A stretch of 64,000 nucleotides of DNA from a virus (Duplodnaviria > Caudoviricetes), in IMG/VR virus record IMGVR_UViG_3300045996_000936, positions 523 through 64,522 of that record; one strand, given 5' to 3'. Position numbers and translations under genes: made by a program. Shown here piece by piece: positions 18,031 through 26,433 of the stretch. Within the stretch, counting starts at the first letter, position 1, and every line of letters starts with the position of its first letter. The notes beneath the pieces were generated by a model. That model did not search any database, was not told the origin of the DNA, and saw nothing but the letters and a program-made list of their open reading frames with translations.

Positions 18031-18533
18031 CTTACGAACTTAAACCCCTTCGCGTGTAAGCCAATTCCTATGGCGTCCCAAGAGTGACTTTGCGGCTTGA
18101 GCCGGTTCACCGTTGGTATCCTCCCTATGATCCTCCGCGTGACGATGTTCTTCGGAAGCTGACCCTTCCACTCATGAACTGGATAGAATGTCATAGGAAT
18201 GCCGAGCTGCTCGACAGCGTAGGCGCAGGCTCCGAAGAAAAACGTTAACTTGATCAGGTCGCCGGTCTTCGCGGCCATGTGACCACCTGCCGTATCGAAG
18301 AACTCCGGCTGCTCGAAGTATGCGTGTCGTACGTCGTACTTAGCCAGGTCCTTCTGCATCCGGGCAACGATTCCGAACGTCTTCTCCCTCCAGTGCTCGT
18401 TGATCGGAGCTGGCATGAAGTTCCGCACTTCGATCGGCGGAACTAAGGCGTCCCACTCTTCTTCTCTCCAGAGAGCGATGCCGGTCCCTGTTGATCCAGG
18501 GTCAATGGAGACTCGAACGGCAACCCTCTTCAT
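18027..18533 (-). CDS. RuvC-like Holliday junction resolvase
   Basis: SIDPGSTGTG, FEQP, WKG..K, DAIGIG; ATGA-coupled start at 18533. Confidence 0.82.
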   Translation of the reverse strand: MKRVAVRVSIDPGSTGTGIALWREEEWDALVPPIEVRNFMPAPINEHWREKTFGIVARMQKDLAKYDVRHAYFEQPEFFDTAGGHMAAKTGDLIKLTFFFGACAYAVEQLGIPMTFYPVHEWKGQLPKNIVTRRIIGRIPTVNRLKPQSHSWDAIGIGLHAKGFKFVR

Positions 18534-18904
18534 GGTCCTTGTGTGTCCTTCATGCTCCAGTAGTCCATGTGATCCTGCGGCCAACCTGACGCCTCGACTC
18601 GCTTCTCCAGCTCGCCTCGGACCGCCTCGTGCATTCCGTTCTTCCGGTCCTCGACCTCGTCCTCGATCCAAACCAGGTACCAGGTCGGGATTTCCTCCAG
18701 CCGGTAACCTCGAAACTTCTTCCCAAATTTGAGGATGTACTGCGAGGGGTCGTCCGGATCTTGCCGTGGCCTTAGGTTCTCTGGACGAGATGGCCTGCGC
18801 GGCGTAGGGACCGGCTTCTCCACCGACTCGTCGACGAACGGATCCACCCATCGCTCGCCTGCAGGTTTCGGCTTACCGATTGGTATCTTGCGACGCTCGG
18901 TCAT
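18530..18904 (-). CDS. DUF3820-like small protein
   Basis: LKFGKKFRGYRLEEIPTWYLVW; start at MTERRK. Confidence 0.75.
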   Translation of the reverse strand: MTERRKIPIGKPKPAGERWVDPFVDESVEKPVPTPRRPSRPENLRPRQDPDDPSQYILKFGKKFRGYRLEEIPTWYLVWIEDEVEDRKNGMHEAVRGELEKRVEASGWPQDHMDYWSMKDTQGP

Positions 18905-19079
18905 TGTCTCCTCCAGCAGAGCAGTACGGGCAGTTATGGAACTTAACCCTCGCAGGCTGACTCGCACAGCCGCAATGCTTAAGCGACGTCTTGCATGTGA
19001 CGCAGCGCATCTGGAAGTGCACATGGTCGACTCTGCCCGGTGCCCAGACCTTCTTATTTGTTAGCCCTACGGTCGGCAC
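18873..19079 (-). CDS. Small Cys-rich (Zn-binding) protein
   Basis: CVTC, HCGC and CPYC motifs; fills the gap between neighbours. Confidence 0.5.
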   Translation of the reverse strand: MPTVGLTNKKVWAPGRVDHVHFQMRCVTCKTSLKHCGCASQPARVKFHNCPYCSAGGDNDRASQDTNR

Positions 19080-20547
19080 GTTCGTATCTCCTTTCCAGTA
19101 CCAGCTGGTCTACGCTCTTCATCATATGCTGCGCTTTCCAGACCTTCTTCTTCACCTTGGCGAGGACGCCCTCTCCGATCAACCCCTTGAAGACCAGGTC
19201 CACAATGAGAATGTTGGTCTTCTTCAGAGGATGATAAAGCCGGTCCTCGCTTTGGGCGCGAGCTTCGCAACTCCACGGGTTAGAGTAGTAAATCTCGGCG
19301 TCCGCCACGGAATAATCGCTTCCGTACTTCGCCACTTCAGCCGTAGCCAGCAAGATCCTTGCCCCTCGACCTCGGAACGCTTCCATCGCCGCCTTCCTGG
19401 AGAGAAGGGAATCTCCGCCCAGGATGGAGGCACATGGAATCTTCGCCTTCAGGAGAGCTTGTCGAACGAACTCGACTTCGTGCCGGAAGGCGAACCAGAC
19501 GACTACCTTCTGCTGGGACAACTCGCCCTTGAGGAGAACCATCAGCTCCTTCAGTAGGCCGTCGTCTATCAGGTTGCGCTCCGGGTCGAAGCCACCGGCC
19601 AAGTGCCGGAGCCAGCTGACCTGCTCCAGCTTCCATCCGGTCTCTCGGACTCCTCCGGAGATCAGGTCGATCGCATACTCCTCCTCCACCTGTTCGTGGA
19701 GTCGGCGCAGGCGAGGACACGGAAGGATCTGACGCTTATGGTAGACCTTGAGTTCCGGCATCCCGGCGTCCGCTCGACGCTTGAAGAAGGCACGCCGATG
19801 CAAGTAAGTACGCATCCGCATTGCCGTGCCCGGTTTCGGGTACCATCCGTATCCGTTGTAGTCCTGGGTGAAGAGCTTGTCGCGGAGATGGTAGTAGTTC
19901 CTGAAGCCCATGCAGTGGCCGTCGAGGAAGATCATCTGCTGCACCGCGTCCAGCTCGCCTTCCGGCGTGGGGAGACCGCTCAGGATTGCCCGGTGTCGAG
20001 CCTCTCGGAAGCCTTCGCAGAGGAGGATGCTGGTCCAGGCGGCTGGCGACTTGATCCGGGTGCTCTCGTCCAGGATGACCGCGTCCCAGGGTATCTTCGC
20101 CATGTGTGGGAGGAGGTAACTACGCTTGAGGTACTCCTCCATCTTGCCATCCTTCCATCGTCGCCGACGCGAGAGCTTAACCGGCGCGGAGGCGAGGAAG
20201 GCTTCGTAGTTCATCAGAAGCCATGTTCGCCTCCCGGCACCGAATGCTCGGATGACCGCCAGGTCTCGACCTATCTGGTTCTTACCATAAGCCGTGACGA
20301 TGGTCTCGCCTTCCCGGCGTAACTCCGCTTCCCATGCCTCCAGGACGGTCACTGGCGCCATGACGATGATGGTGCGGAGACCCTTAGCAATGGCCCATCG
20401 GATCGCGACCAGGGTCTTACCCAGTCGCATCTCCATGAACCACGCCGGGTGGTCCCATTCCATCCCGTAGCTGAACGCCTCTTCCTGATGAGTGAGAAGG
20501 TGTCTGAACGGAACGGTCGGAACTGGCCGAGCCGGGATTGTCCGCAC
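19054..20547 (-). CDS. SNF2-like (SF2) helicase/ATPase
   Basis: MEMRLGKT, NYE, ILDES..IK, LSGLP, QSEDRLYH. Confidence 0.92.
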   Translation of the reverse strand: MRTIPARPVPTVPFRHLLTHQEEAFSYGMEWDHPAWFMEMRLGKTLVAIRWAIAKGLRTIIVMAPVTVLEAWEAELRREGETIVTAYGKNQIGRDLAVIRAFGAGRRTWLLMNYEAFLASAPVKLSRRRRWKDGKMEEYLKRSYLLPHMAKIPWDAVILDESTRIKSPAAWTSILLCEGFREARHRAILSGLPTPEGELDAVQQMIFLDGHCMGFRNYYHLRDKLFTQDYNGYGWYPKPGTAMRMRTYLHRRAFFKRRADAGMPELKVYHKRQILPCPRLRRLHEQVEEEYAIDLISGGVRETGWKLEQVSWLRHLAGGFDPERNLIDDGLLKELMVLLKGELSQQKVVVWFAFRHEVEFVRQALLKAKIPCASILGGDSLLSRKAAMEAFRGRGARILLATAEVAKYGSDYSVADAEIYYSNPWSCEARAQSEDRLYHPLKKTNILIVDLVFKGLIGEGVLAKVKKKVWKAQHMMKSVDQLVLERRYERADRRANK

Positions 20548-20549
20548 GT

Positions 20550-20843
20550 CTACTCTCTGGAGGTAAGGGTCTTGATCGCCTTGCGGATCCGCTTCAAGTT
20601 GCGGTCGTAGCGCGGCAGGGAGTTGCGGATATAGGAGACTTCGCGGTCAAGCTGGATGGTCCAGCCTTCGGCTGCTCCAAGGAAGTCCTCACGGGTTACA
20701 TGAGGGTCCCGAGCAAGGAACTCAAGGTCGTCCTGCAGTCGGCGTATACGCTGGCAGGCGAGAGAGATGCCGGAGATCTTGGAGAGCGTCGAGGAGACTT
20801 CGTCCATGACCGGCTTGTTACGCTTAAGGATTCTGTTAGGCAT
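20550..20843 (-). CDS. Hypothetical protein
   Basis: 97-aa ORF abutting the helicase start. Confidence 0.6.
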   Translation of the reverse strand: MPNRILKRNKPVMDEVSSTLSKISGISLACQRIRRLQDDLEFLARDPHVTREDFLGAAEGWTIQLDREVSYIRNSLPRYDRNLKRIRKAIKTLTSRE

Positions 20844-20862
20844 GTTAGTTCAAAATGAAATA

Positions 20863-20895
20863 GGGACCGAAGCAGTAAATCCTGCAGTCGGTCCC
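20863..20895 (-). terminator. Hairpin with T-rich tail (terminator or attenuator)
   Basis: GGGACCGA...TCGGTCCC stem, then TATTTCATTTT on the - strand. Confidence 0.6.
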
Positions 20896-20923
20896 GCTTT
20901 CGGTGGGGAGGGAGTTACCAAGT

Positions 20924-20953
20924 GTTAGTTCGCCGGAACCAACCGGGATACCT
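20924..20953 (-). promoter_or_regulatory. Class II promoter motif
   Basis: AGGTA-N16-CGAACTAAC. Confidence 0.6.
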
Positions 20954-20964
20954 TCTTCGATACT

Positions 20965-21702
20965 CTAAGCGTGAGCTCCCTCGTACTTCATGTACAGGTT
21001 GTAGACTCCGTCCTTCTTCTCTACCCGATGAATCCGGGTTCGGGCACCTCTTCCCAGAAGAATTTCGGACTCCCCTTTGATCCCGAACATATTCTGGGTA
21101 ACTGAATCGTTCGCTCCTAAAGGCAGGGTAGGGGTTCTGGCAGGAAGCTGAATGTACATACGTACAATGTTCGTTCCACGCTTGTGACCGTCAGACGCAG
21201 TGGTGGAGCTGTATCCAGCATGCTCCATCAGATGCCCTGGCCCTACCTCCCCACTCTCCAACTTTGCGAGCAGGCCTTTCCCTCCGATCTGAGTAGTTCG
21301 TATGTCCCGAACCACGATCATCTCGCCGTTATTCTTGTAGGACTTCCGGAGAGCGGAGTCGATGTTCGAGACCCTATCCTCAACGAACGGAGTAAGAGGC
21401 TTACCGGATACCAGTCCTCCGTTAATAGTCTTGAACTCTATCCCTTTGTAATCAGCAAGGGAAGCTTCCTCAGCCTGAGTTAGGTTCTTGGTCATGTTGT
21501 ACTTCGCGTCTCGACTCCATCGCTGAGCTTCGGATCTTTGGCGCTTGAATTCTTCGCTCCCTACCTCAGGGAATTCATCCTTGAACGCCGGGAGGAAAGG
21601 AGTTGATGAAGGTCCTGGGGGATTTGGCGTTGGCGGTGGAGTTGACGCGCCCGGTGCAGCTCTAACTCCCGCAGTTGTACTTGCCGTACCTCTACTACCC
21701 AT
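20965..21702 (-). CDS. MGSRG-leader ADP-ribosyltransferase (VIP2/C3-like R-S-E clade) no. 2
   Basis: Y...F..IN..L, IDSAL, VVRD, GYSSTT, GESEILL; likely start MGSRGTAS at 21702. Confidence 0.88.
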   Translation of the reverse strand: MGSRGTASTTAGVRAAPGASTPPPTPNPPGPSSTPFLPAFKDEFPEVGSEEFKRQRSEAQRWSRDAKYNMTKNLTQAEEASLADYKGIEFKTINGGLVSGKPLTPFVEDRVSNIDSALRKSYKNNGEMIVVRDIRTTQIGGKGLLAKLESGEVGPGHLMEHAGYSSTTASDGHKRGTNIVRMYIQLPARTPTLPLGANDSVTQNMFGIKGESEILLGRGARTRIHRVEKKDGVYNLYMKYEGAHA

Positions 21703-21703
21703 C

Positions 21704-22072
21704 TTACTGCCTCCATGCCTTGCGGATCTCGGCCTTCCGATCGGCGAGCGCTTTCTGGAGAAGAGCACGCTCCCGTTCAGTCAGACTCTTGCGGCGGAGG
21801 AGCTGCTCGATCCGGATGGCGCCATCGACGAAGGTCTGCCCATCCTCCGAGTTGAGGGTTTGTAGCCCTCTCGCGCTGATGTCGGACGTATTCTCTCCAG
21901 CGAGTCGAGCGGCCTGAGCGGTCGTGACGGAGTTCCGCCAGCGGGTTGCCTGCGCTGCCGAGACGCCGGGTGGACGCCGACCCTCCGCAACTGCCGTAGA
22001 CTCGTTGCTACGGTCCCCGCCTCCTGGACGCGCTGCCGTGGGCCTGGTTGATGCGCTTCCTCGACTACCCAT
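21704..22072 (-). CDS. MGSRG-leader protein of unknown function
   Basis: 122 aa starting MGSRGSAS; 1-2 nt from both neighbours. Confidence 0.8.
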   Translation of the reverse strand: MGSRGSASTRPTAARPGGGDRSNESTAVAEGRRPPGVSAAQATRWRNSVTTAQAARLAGENTSDISARGLQTLNSEDGQTFVDGAIRIEQLLRRKSLTERERALLQKALADRKAEIRKAWRQ

Positions 22073-22074
22073 GA

Positions 22075-22731
22075 TTACTGCTCCAGCGTCACGTAAAGAG
22101 TAGGCCGAGTTCCGTTCTTTATCGGACGCTCCTCAAACCTCTGAATCTTGAACTTCGAGTTCCTAGGGAGGAGTATCTCGCGCTCATTCGGGGACTCCGA
22201 CAACGCCTGCAGAGGCAGAGCCTTAGAACCCTTCGGAACCAAGATCTGAATTCTCAAGACTTCCTTCTCGGCTCGGAAGGACTTACTGGCGGTGGTGGAG
22301 CTATAACCCTTGTAGGAGATAACGGCTCCGGGTTCGATAGTACCATTCCGTAACCCGTCAACTAGACTACTGCCGTGCCCTCCTACACGCTCGGTCGTGA
22401 GATCTCTAGTTACAACCATGTCCTCCGGAGTAGAAGATCTCGCAAGAGCGGAGTCGATGTTCTTGATTTTCGCGTCCGTCTTCGGACCGGGAGACCTCTC
22501 TTCCAATAGGGACCTATTAATTGTAATATAGTCCTCGCCGGTGTAGTCGGATAGAGCACTCCTCTCTCCAGGTGAGAGCTGAGTAGCCTGGAGCACTGAC
22601 CCGGAGAAGTTATCGTAAGCCTCGGAGGAGGACCTGAGGGCAGCATATTCCGCGCTGCCCTCCTCCGGGATCCGAGTACCAATCGCGGCACGAGTCCCGG
22701 AGGTGCCGCTTGCCGCGCCGCGACTGCCCAT
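22075..22731 (-). CDS. MGSRG-leader ADP-ribosyltransferase (VIP2/C3-like R-S-E clade) no. 1
   Basis: YTGEDYITINRSL, IDSAL, VTRD, GYSSTT, NEREILLPRNSKF. Confidence 0.92.
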   Translation of the reverse strand: MGSRGAASGTSGTRAAIGTRIPEEGSAEYAALRSSSEAYDNFSGSVLQATQLSPGERSALSDYTGEDYITINRSLLEERSPGPKTDAKIKNIDSALARSSTPEDMVVTRDLTTERVGGHGSSLVDGLRNGTIEPGAVISYKGYSSTTASKSFRAEKEVLRIQILVPKGSKALPLQALSESPNEREILLPRNSKFKIQRFEERPIKNGTRPTLYVTLEQ

Positions 22732-22732
22732 C

Positions 22733-22885
22733 CTACTTGCCCTTCCCCTTACTCGTCCGCCCCTTCGGTGCAGGCGTGATCTTGACGTCCGACTCCTTCA
22801 TGACGAACCGGTCCGGGATCTTCGCTCCGGACTTGGTCGAGCTGGACTTCCCGCTTGCCGTAGTACCCTTCTTCGCTGCTGCCAT
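22733..22885 (-). CDS. 50-aa basic peptide (not in the ORF track)
   Basis: MAAAKKGTTASGKSSSTKSGAKIPDRFVMKESDVKITPAPKGRTSKGKGK*; AGAGGA RBS; stop 1 nt before the ART start. Confidence 0.8.
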   Translation of the reverse strand: MAAAKKGTTASGKSSSTKSGAKIPDRFVMKESDVKITPAPKGRTSKGKGK

Positions 22886-22921
22886 GGTCGTTCATCCTCT
22901 GGAGGAAAGGAGTCCTCCGGC

Positions 22922-23701
22922 TCAGCGTAGGCGAATGCCTCGCTCCTTCTTGTAAGCTTCGAGCACCTGCATGCTGGTCGACCCGGCGCGGAGATCGAAG
23001 ACACCTTTGTTCTCCTCTCCGTGCTCTTTCCACCAAGCTGCTCCGCCAGGACGAGAGAAGAGGTCGTGAGTATCCTTTACTCCAGAGAATCCTGCTCTCT
23101 CCGCACGCTTCTGCACCGGCTCCTTGATCGGGATATTATATCCTAGCCTGGCCCAGGTGTAGAATCCGTTGTACGACTCCTTCTTGCTCCAGGTGGGATG
23201 CTCTTTCCCTACGCCTGCAGCGAAGGTTTCAATCCTGTCTACACCCTGCCTGGCCGCACCTTCCGCCTGTGCAGCGAAGAGTCGGGTACCGATTCCGGAC
23301 CCTCGATTCGCTTTCATCTCGAAGCTGTCGTTATACAAGACTAGCTTGCCATCTTCCCTCTTGATCGTTCGTTCCTGAACGAAGTCAGGATGGGTAATCT
23401 TCAGGTAGACGACTTTCGGAGTGAGAGGGTTGGCGACAACGTCGACCCGTGCTCCGGTAGGCGCTCCTGTAAGTTCCAGGATTTTGTCTCCTCTCATCTC
23501 AGTGCCGACAATGGCGCTAAGATTATTGAGAGCTTCGGCGTGACCGTAGACCCTAGCCTTCTCTTCAGAGTACAGACTTGCCGTGACCTCATCAGGACCC
23601 TGCGGACCCTGCGGAGCCGGTGGTTCATTTACTGGAGCAGAGGCATTGGAGCCGATCGCGGCTCTCCCGGCGTCTCCGCTTCGTGTGCCTCTACTTCCCA
23701 T
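22922..23701 (-). CDS. MGSRG-leader GNAT-family acetyltransferase
   Basis: NRGSGIGTRLF (acetyl-CoA motif A), NGFYTWARLGY. Confidence 0.82.
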   Translation of the reverse strand: MGSRGTRSGDAGRAAIGSNASAPVNEPPAPQGPQGPDEVTASLYSEEKARVYGHAEALNNLSAIVGTEMRGDKILELTGAPTGARVDVVANPLTPKVVYLKITHPDFVQERTIKREDGKLVLYNDSFEMKANRGSGIGTRLFAAQAEGAARQGVDRIETFAAGVGKEHPTWSKKESYNGFYTWARLGYNIPIKEPVQKRAERAGFSGVKDTHDLFSRPGGAAWWKEHGEENKGVFDLRAGSTSMQVLEAYKKERGIRLR

Positions 23702-23857
23702 CTACTTACCTTTTCCCTTCTTCGGGAGGACGGACTTCCAGGCCTTGTCCAGAGCCTTCTCGTCCGTGCCGGTCAGGCGAGGAGCCTGCTCCACCTTCTT
23801 CGGAGTGGCCTTTGCTCCAGAGGAGGTCTTACCCTTCGTGCTTGCCGTACGTGCCAT
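23702..23857 (-). CDS. 51-aa basic peptide
   Basis: MARTASTKGKTSSGAKATPKKVEQAPRLTGTDEKALDKAWKSVLPKKGKGK*; TAATG overlap with DUF4417; stop abuts the GNAT ATG. Confidence 0.8.
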   Translation of the reverse strand: MARTASTKGKTSSGAKATPKKVEQAPRLTGTDEKALDKAWKSVLPKKGKGK

Positions 23858-24531
23858 TACATGATCCCCTTTCCGTGGTAGTACTCGTCCCACTTGGACG
23901 GGTAGACTTGCAAGATGCTCAGCTTCCGGAGGGACTCTGGCACCCTTCCGTAGAAAACAATGCGTCTGGGTTGGAGTCGCTCTCGCATGGCAGCGAATCC
24001 GTGGAGGAAGGCTTCCCTGGTCTCGGGGTACTTGTACGTACCGACGCTGGAGACCGCGACGGTCGCCCTGCGTGGAAGACCAAGGAAGCACCATTCGTAG
24101 GAAGTAGGGTCGCTCCAGCAAATGCTCGGAATAACATCAAGTCCCTCCGCCTGCCATAAAGCCATGCACCAGCAGTTACGATACCAATTGTACTGCTGGA
24201 CAACCAACGGCCAGTCACAGAAAAGGCTGAAGTCCGGACCGAGCGCCATGCCGACCTCAAGGAGCCGAGTCAGAGCCACCGCCGGACGGCTCCATACTGT
24301 CTCGAACTTGTTGTCGCTGAGGAAGAAGTGGACCGCCGTCCTCCCCTCCCTCGGCACACGGGTTAGCTGGTTATACGCGACCATCCCGGAGGGTAGCTCA
24401 CCCTTGTACGCCTTAACGTCCGCGAATCCATATGGGTTGCTGCTGGGGAACTTGACGCTGAGCTGGCGACCCAGGAAGCCGTCGCCTCCCTGGAGAGAAG
24501 CGAACTCGGACGCGGAATACTTACGGTACAC
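23857..24531 (-). CDS. DUF4417-family protein
   Basis: VHFFLSDNKFETVW..P, PDFSLFCDWP..VQQYNWYRN, Q..G.DVIPSICW, CFLGLP, VAVSSVG, L.P..IVFYG. Confidence 0.88.
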   Translation of the reverse strand: MYRKYSASEFASLQGGDGFLGRQLSVKFPSSNPYGFADVKAYKGELPSGMVAYNQLTRVPREGRTAVHFFLSDNKFETVWSRPAVALTRLLEVGMALGPDFSLFCDWPLVVQQYNWYRNCWCMALWQAEGLDVIPSICWSDPTSYEWCFLGLPRRATVAVSSVGTYKYPETREAFLHGFAAMRERLQPRRIVFYGRVPESLRKLSILQVYPSKWDEYYHGKGIM

Positions 24532-24551
24532 TGGCGAGGGACCTCCGTTTG

Positions 24552-24582
24552 GTTAGGTTCGGCAAGGGCGAGCAAGATTCCT
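24552..24582 (-). promoter_or_regulatory. Class II promoter motif upstream of the DUF4417/MGSRG operon
   Basis: AGGAA-N16-CGAACCTAAC followed by a GGAGGT RBS. Confidence 0.7.
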
Positions 24583-24590
24583 GCAGGCAC

Positions 24591-24827
24591 CTACTCCAGC
24601 AGCTGATAGGCCGAGATCGAGATCACCTCCACGCGACGGATCTCCACCCGACAGCTCTGTCTCTCCTCAGGATTGAAAGTACCGAGCAGGATGGTAATCG
24701 TACGCTCAATGTCCTCCATACTCCCTGCAAGCACTGTACTTTCCAGAGGCTCCACGCCGGGAGTGTATACGATGATCTTCGCCTCGATTGGCTTAGAGTT
24801 GTCGGGAGGATAGGACCTCCTTACCAT
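24591..24827 (-). CDS. Hypothetical protein
   Basis: 78 aa with GGAGGT RBS. Confidence 0.6.
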   Translation of the reverse strand: MVRRSYPPDNSKPIEAKIIVYTPGVEPLESTVLAGSMEDIERTITILLGTFNPEERQSCRVEIRRVEVISISAYQLLE

Positions 24828-25081
24828 TCGATACCTCCGAGAGGAGGTCGGTCCATGTCTATCTCAAGAAGAGGATTCTCTCGAACCATCTTAGCGACGG
24901 TCGGCTCTCCGGTATCGATAAGGAGCTTGAAGCCAGCGATCATACTCTTGTAGTCCTGCTCGTCGGAGACTTCGGTTAGTATGACCTGTCCTCGAACCGG
25001 GCAGACGTAGCATATGATAACTCGGCCTAGGTTCGAGTAGCGTTCATAAGCTACAACCCATCCTGCGGGTATCTCTATCAC
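24821..25081 (-). CDS. Hypothetical protein
   Basis: 86 aa with GGAG RBS. Confidence 0.6.
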   Translation of the reverse strand: MIEIPAGWVVAYERYSNLGRVIICYVCPVRGQVILTEVSDEQDYKSMIAGFKLLIDTGEPTVAKMVRENPLLEIDMDRPPLGGIEW

Positions 25082-25136
25082 TTCTCTTCTCCAGAGGGAG
25101 GCACTCCCTGGAAGAAAGCGCCTCCCTAACGTCGGC

Positions 25137-25352
25137 TTAGAAATCGCAGATCTTGAGAGTACCGTCCGTCCGGAGGAATGACATCTTCCGGTTCTCCTCG
25201 TCTGTCTCGACTGCGGTGATCTCGAAGTCGATTCCTACGTTCCTCAGCTCAACTGCCTTACTTACTCGGGCGTCGGACACTTCGAGGAGTTCCCTTATTA
25301 GCTCCCTCCTCCTCGCGCTCAACTCCATGTATTCTTCCACCAGCGGGTTCAT
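25137..25352 (-). CDS. Hypothetical protein
   Basis: 71 aa with AGGAG RBS. Confidence 0.6.
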   Translation of the reverse strand: MNPLVEEYMELSARRRELIRELLEVSDARVSKAVELRNVGIDFEITAVETDEENRKMSFLRTDGTLKICDF

Positions 25353-25815
25353 GTGCCGTCTCCTGACGGAGTACTGTCCGTCTCAGGTTCGCTCCTACGG
25401 TCTGCGGGTTGACTTCAAAGCCTTCCAGCAGCTGCTCCTCCAAGATGAAGTCTAGGAAGAGAGGGTCGTCGGCGTGGTTCCGACAAAGACTCAGTACGAT
25501 CTCGTAAGCGTAGATCCAGTCGCTCGCCTCGACTACCTGCGGGTTCATTGGTGTAGTCTTCATCTCCGCTGAGCAGTACCGCGTGTAGACTCCCCAACGA
25601 ATCCCATGCTCACCGAACACCCGGACCATGACCAGGGATGGGCTGATATGGGCGTAGTCCGTCTCGGACTCCAGGTACTGCGCGTTCCAGGTTTCCCGCA
25701 CCCTCTGAGCCACCGCCTCAGCGAAGTCCCCGACTCCGTTAGGCCGGAACTCGAATAGACGTTGCGGTGTGAATCTCTGACCTCCAAACATGGGCTGTTT
25801 ATTGCCGTACAGCAT
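25258..25815 (-). CDS. Hypothetical protein
   Basis: 185 aa; 3' end overlaps the next gene. Confidence 0.6.
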   Translation of the reverse strand: MLYGNKQPMFGGQRFTPQRLFEFRPNGVGDFAEAVAQRVRETWNAQYLESETDYAHISPSLVMVRVFGEHGIRWGVYTRYCSAEMKTTPMNPQVVEASDWIYAYEIVLSLCRNHADDPLFLDFILEEQLLEGFEVNPQTVGANLRRTVLRQETAHEPAGGRIHGVEREEEGANKGTPRSVRRPSK

Positions 25816-26431
25816 TCTGGTCTACCTTCCTAGCGGGTACCGTCCGCCGGTTCACTCCCTGGAGAGAATGGATCAGGGTCGCCCACTCGTAAGCGGACTC
25901 GGTCACTTCGAAGGCTGAGCCTTCCGCCAACGCCGCGTAGTCTTCTTCCAGGAAGTCGTAATCCCAAGGGAAGACCGTGGCGTACTCCCGGACGATATCG
26001 CGCAGTGGCGTCTTCGAGGGCCAGACGTAGGGGAGGTCCGGACCCTCTGTCCATCCCCACTGCCCGTACCAAGCTGGGTCCTTCCGGAGGAGGTTGCTGC
26101 GATGGCTCGCATGGTAGCTGACTGAGCACATCCACGCCGGAGCGTTGGAGCCTTCCCGGACGACCGGAAAGGCTCGGAAGCGTCCCAGCAGGTTTGCGCT
26201 GTCCGAACCGCCGATGTCCAGCCAGACCTTGCAAGCGCAGACGCCATAGAAGCGCAGGTAGTTCTCACTGCCGCGCCACTGCTGCACAGCCGGATGGTTC
26301 TGCCAGCCGTAGTCCGGACGAGTCAGAGCCTGGAGGATCTGCCAGGCTTCAATGCGCTGCTTGTTCAGGCGACGCCGGTCCAGCACATGCATGGACCGAA
26401 TAAAGTCAGGGTAAGGGAGGAAGGTTTGCAT
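25799..26431 (-). CDS. Pyrimidine-dimer DNA glycosylase-like protein (MSMEG_6728 / endonuclease V-like)
   Basis: MQTFLPYPDF..S..VLD.RRLNKQRIEA.QI, NHPAV..W, HASHRSNLLRKDP..Y, LPYVWP. Confidence 0.85.
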   Translation of the reverse strand: MQTFLPYPDFIRSMHVLDRRRLNKQRIEAWQILQALTRPDYGWQNHPAVQQWRGSENYLRFYGVCACKVWLDIGGSDSANLLGRFRAFPVVREGSNAPAWMCSVSYHASHRSNLLRKDPAWYGQWGWTEGPDLPYVWPSKTPLRDIVREYATVFPWDYDFLEEDYAALAEGSAFEVTESAYEWATLIHSLQGVNRRTVPARKVDQNAVRQ

Positions 26432-26433
26432 CG

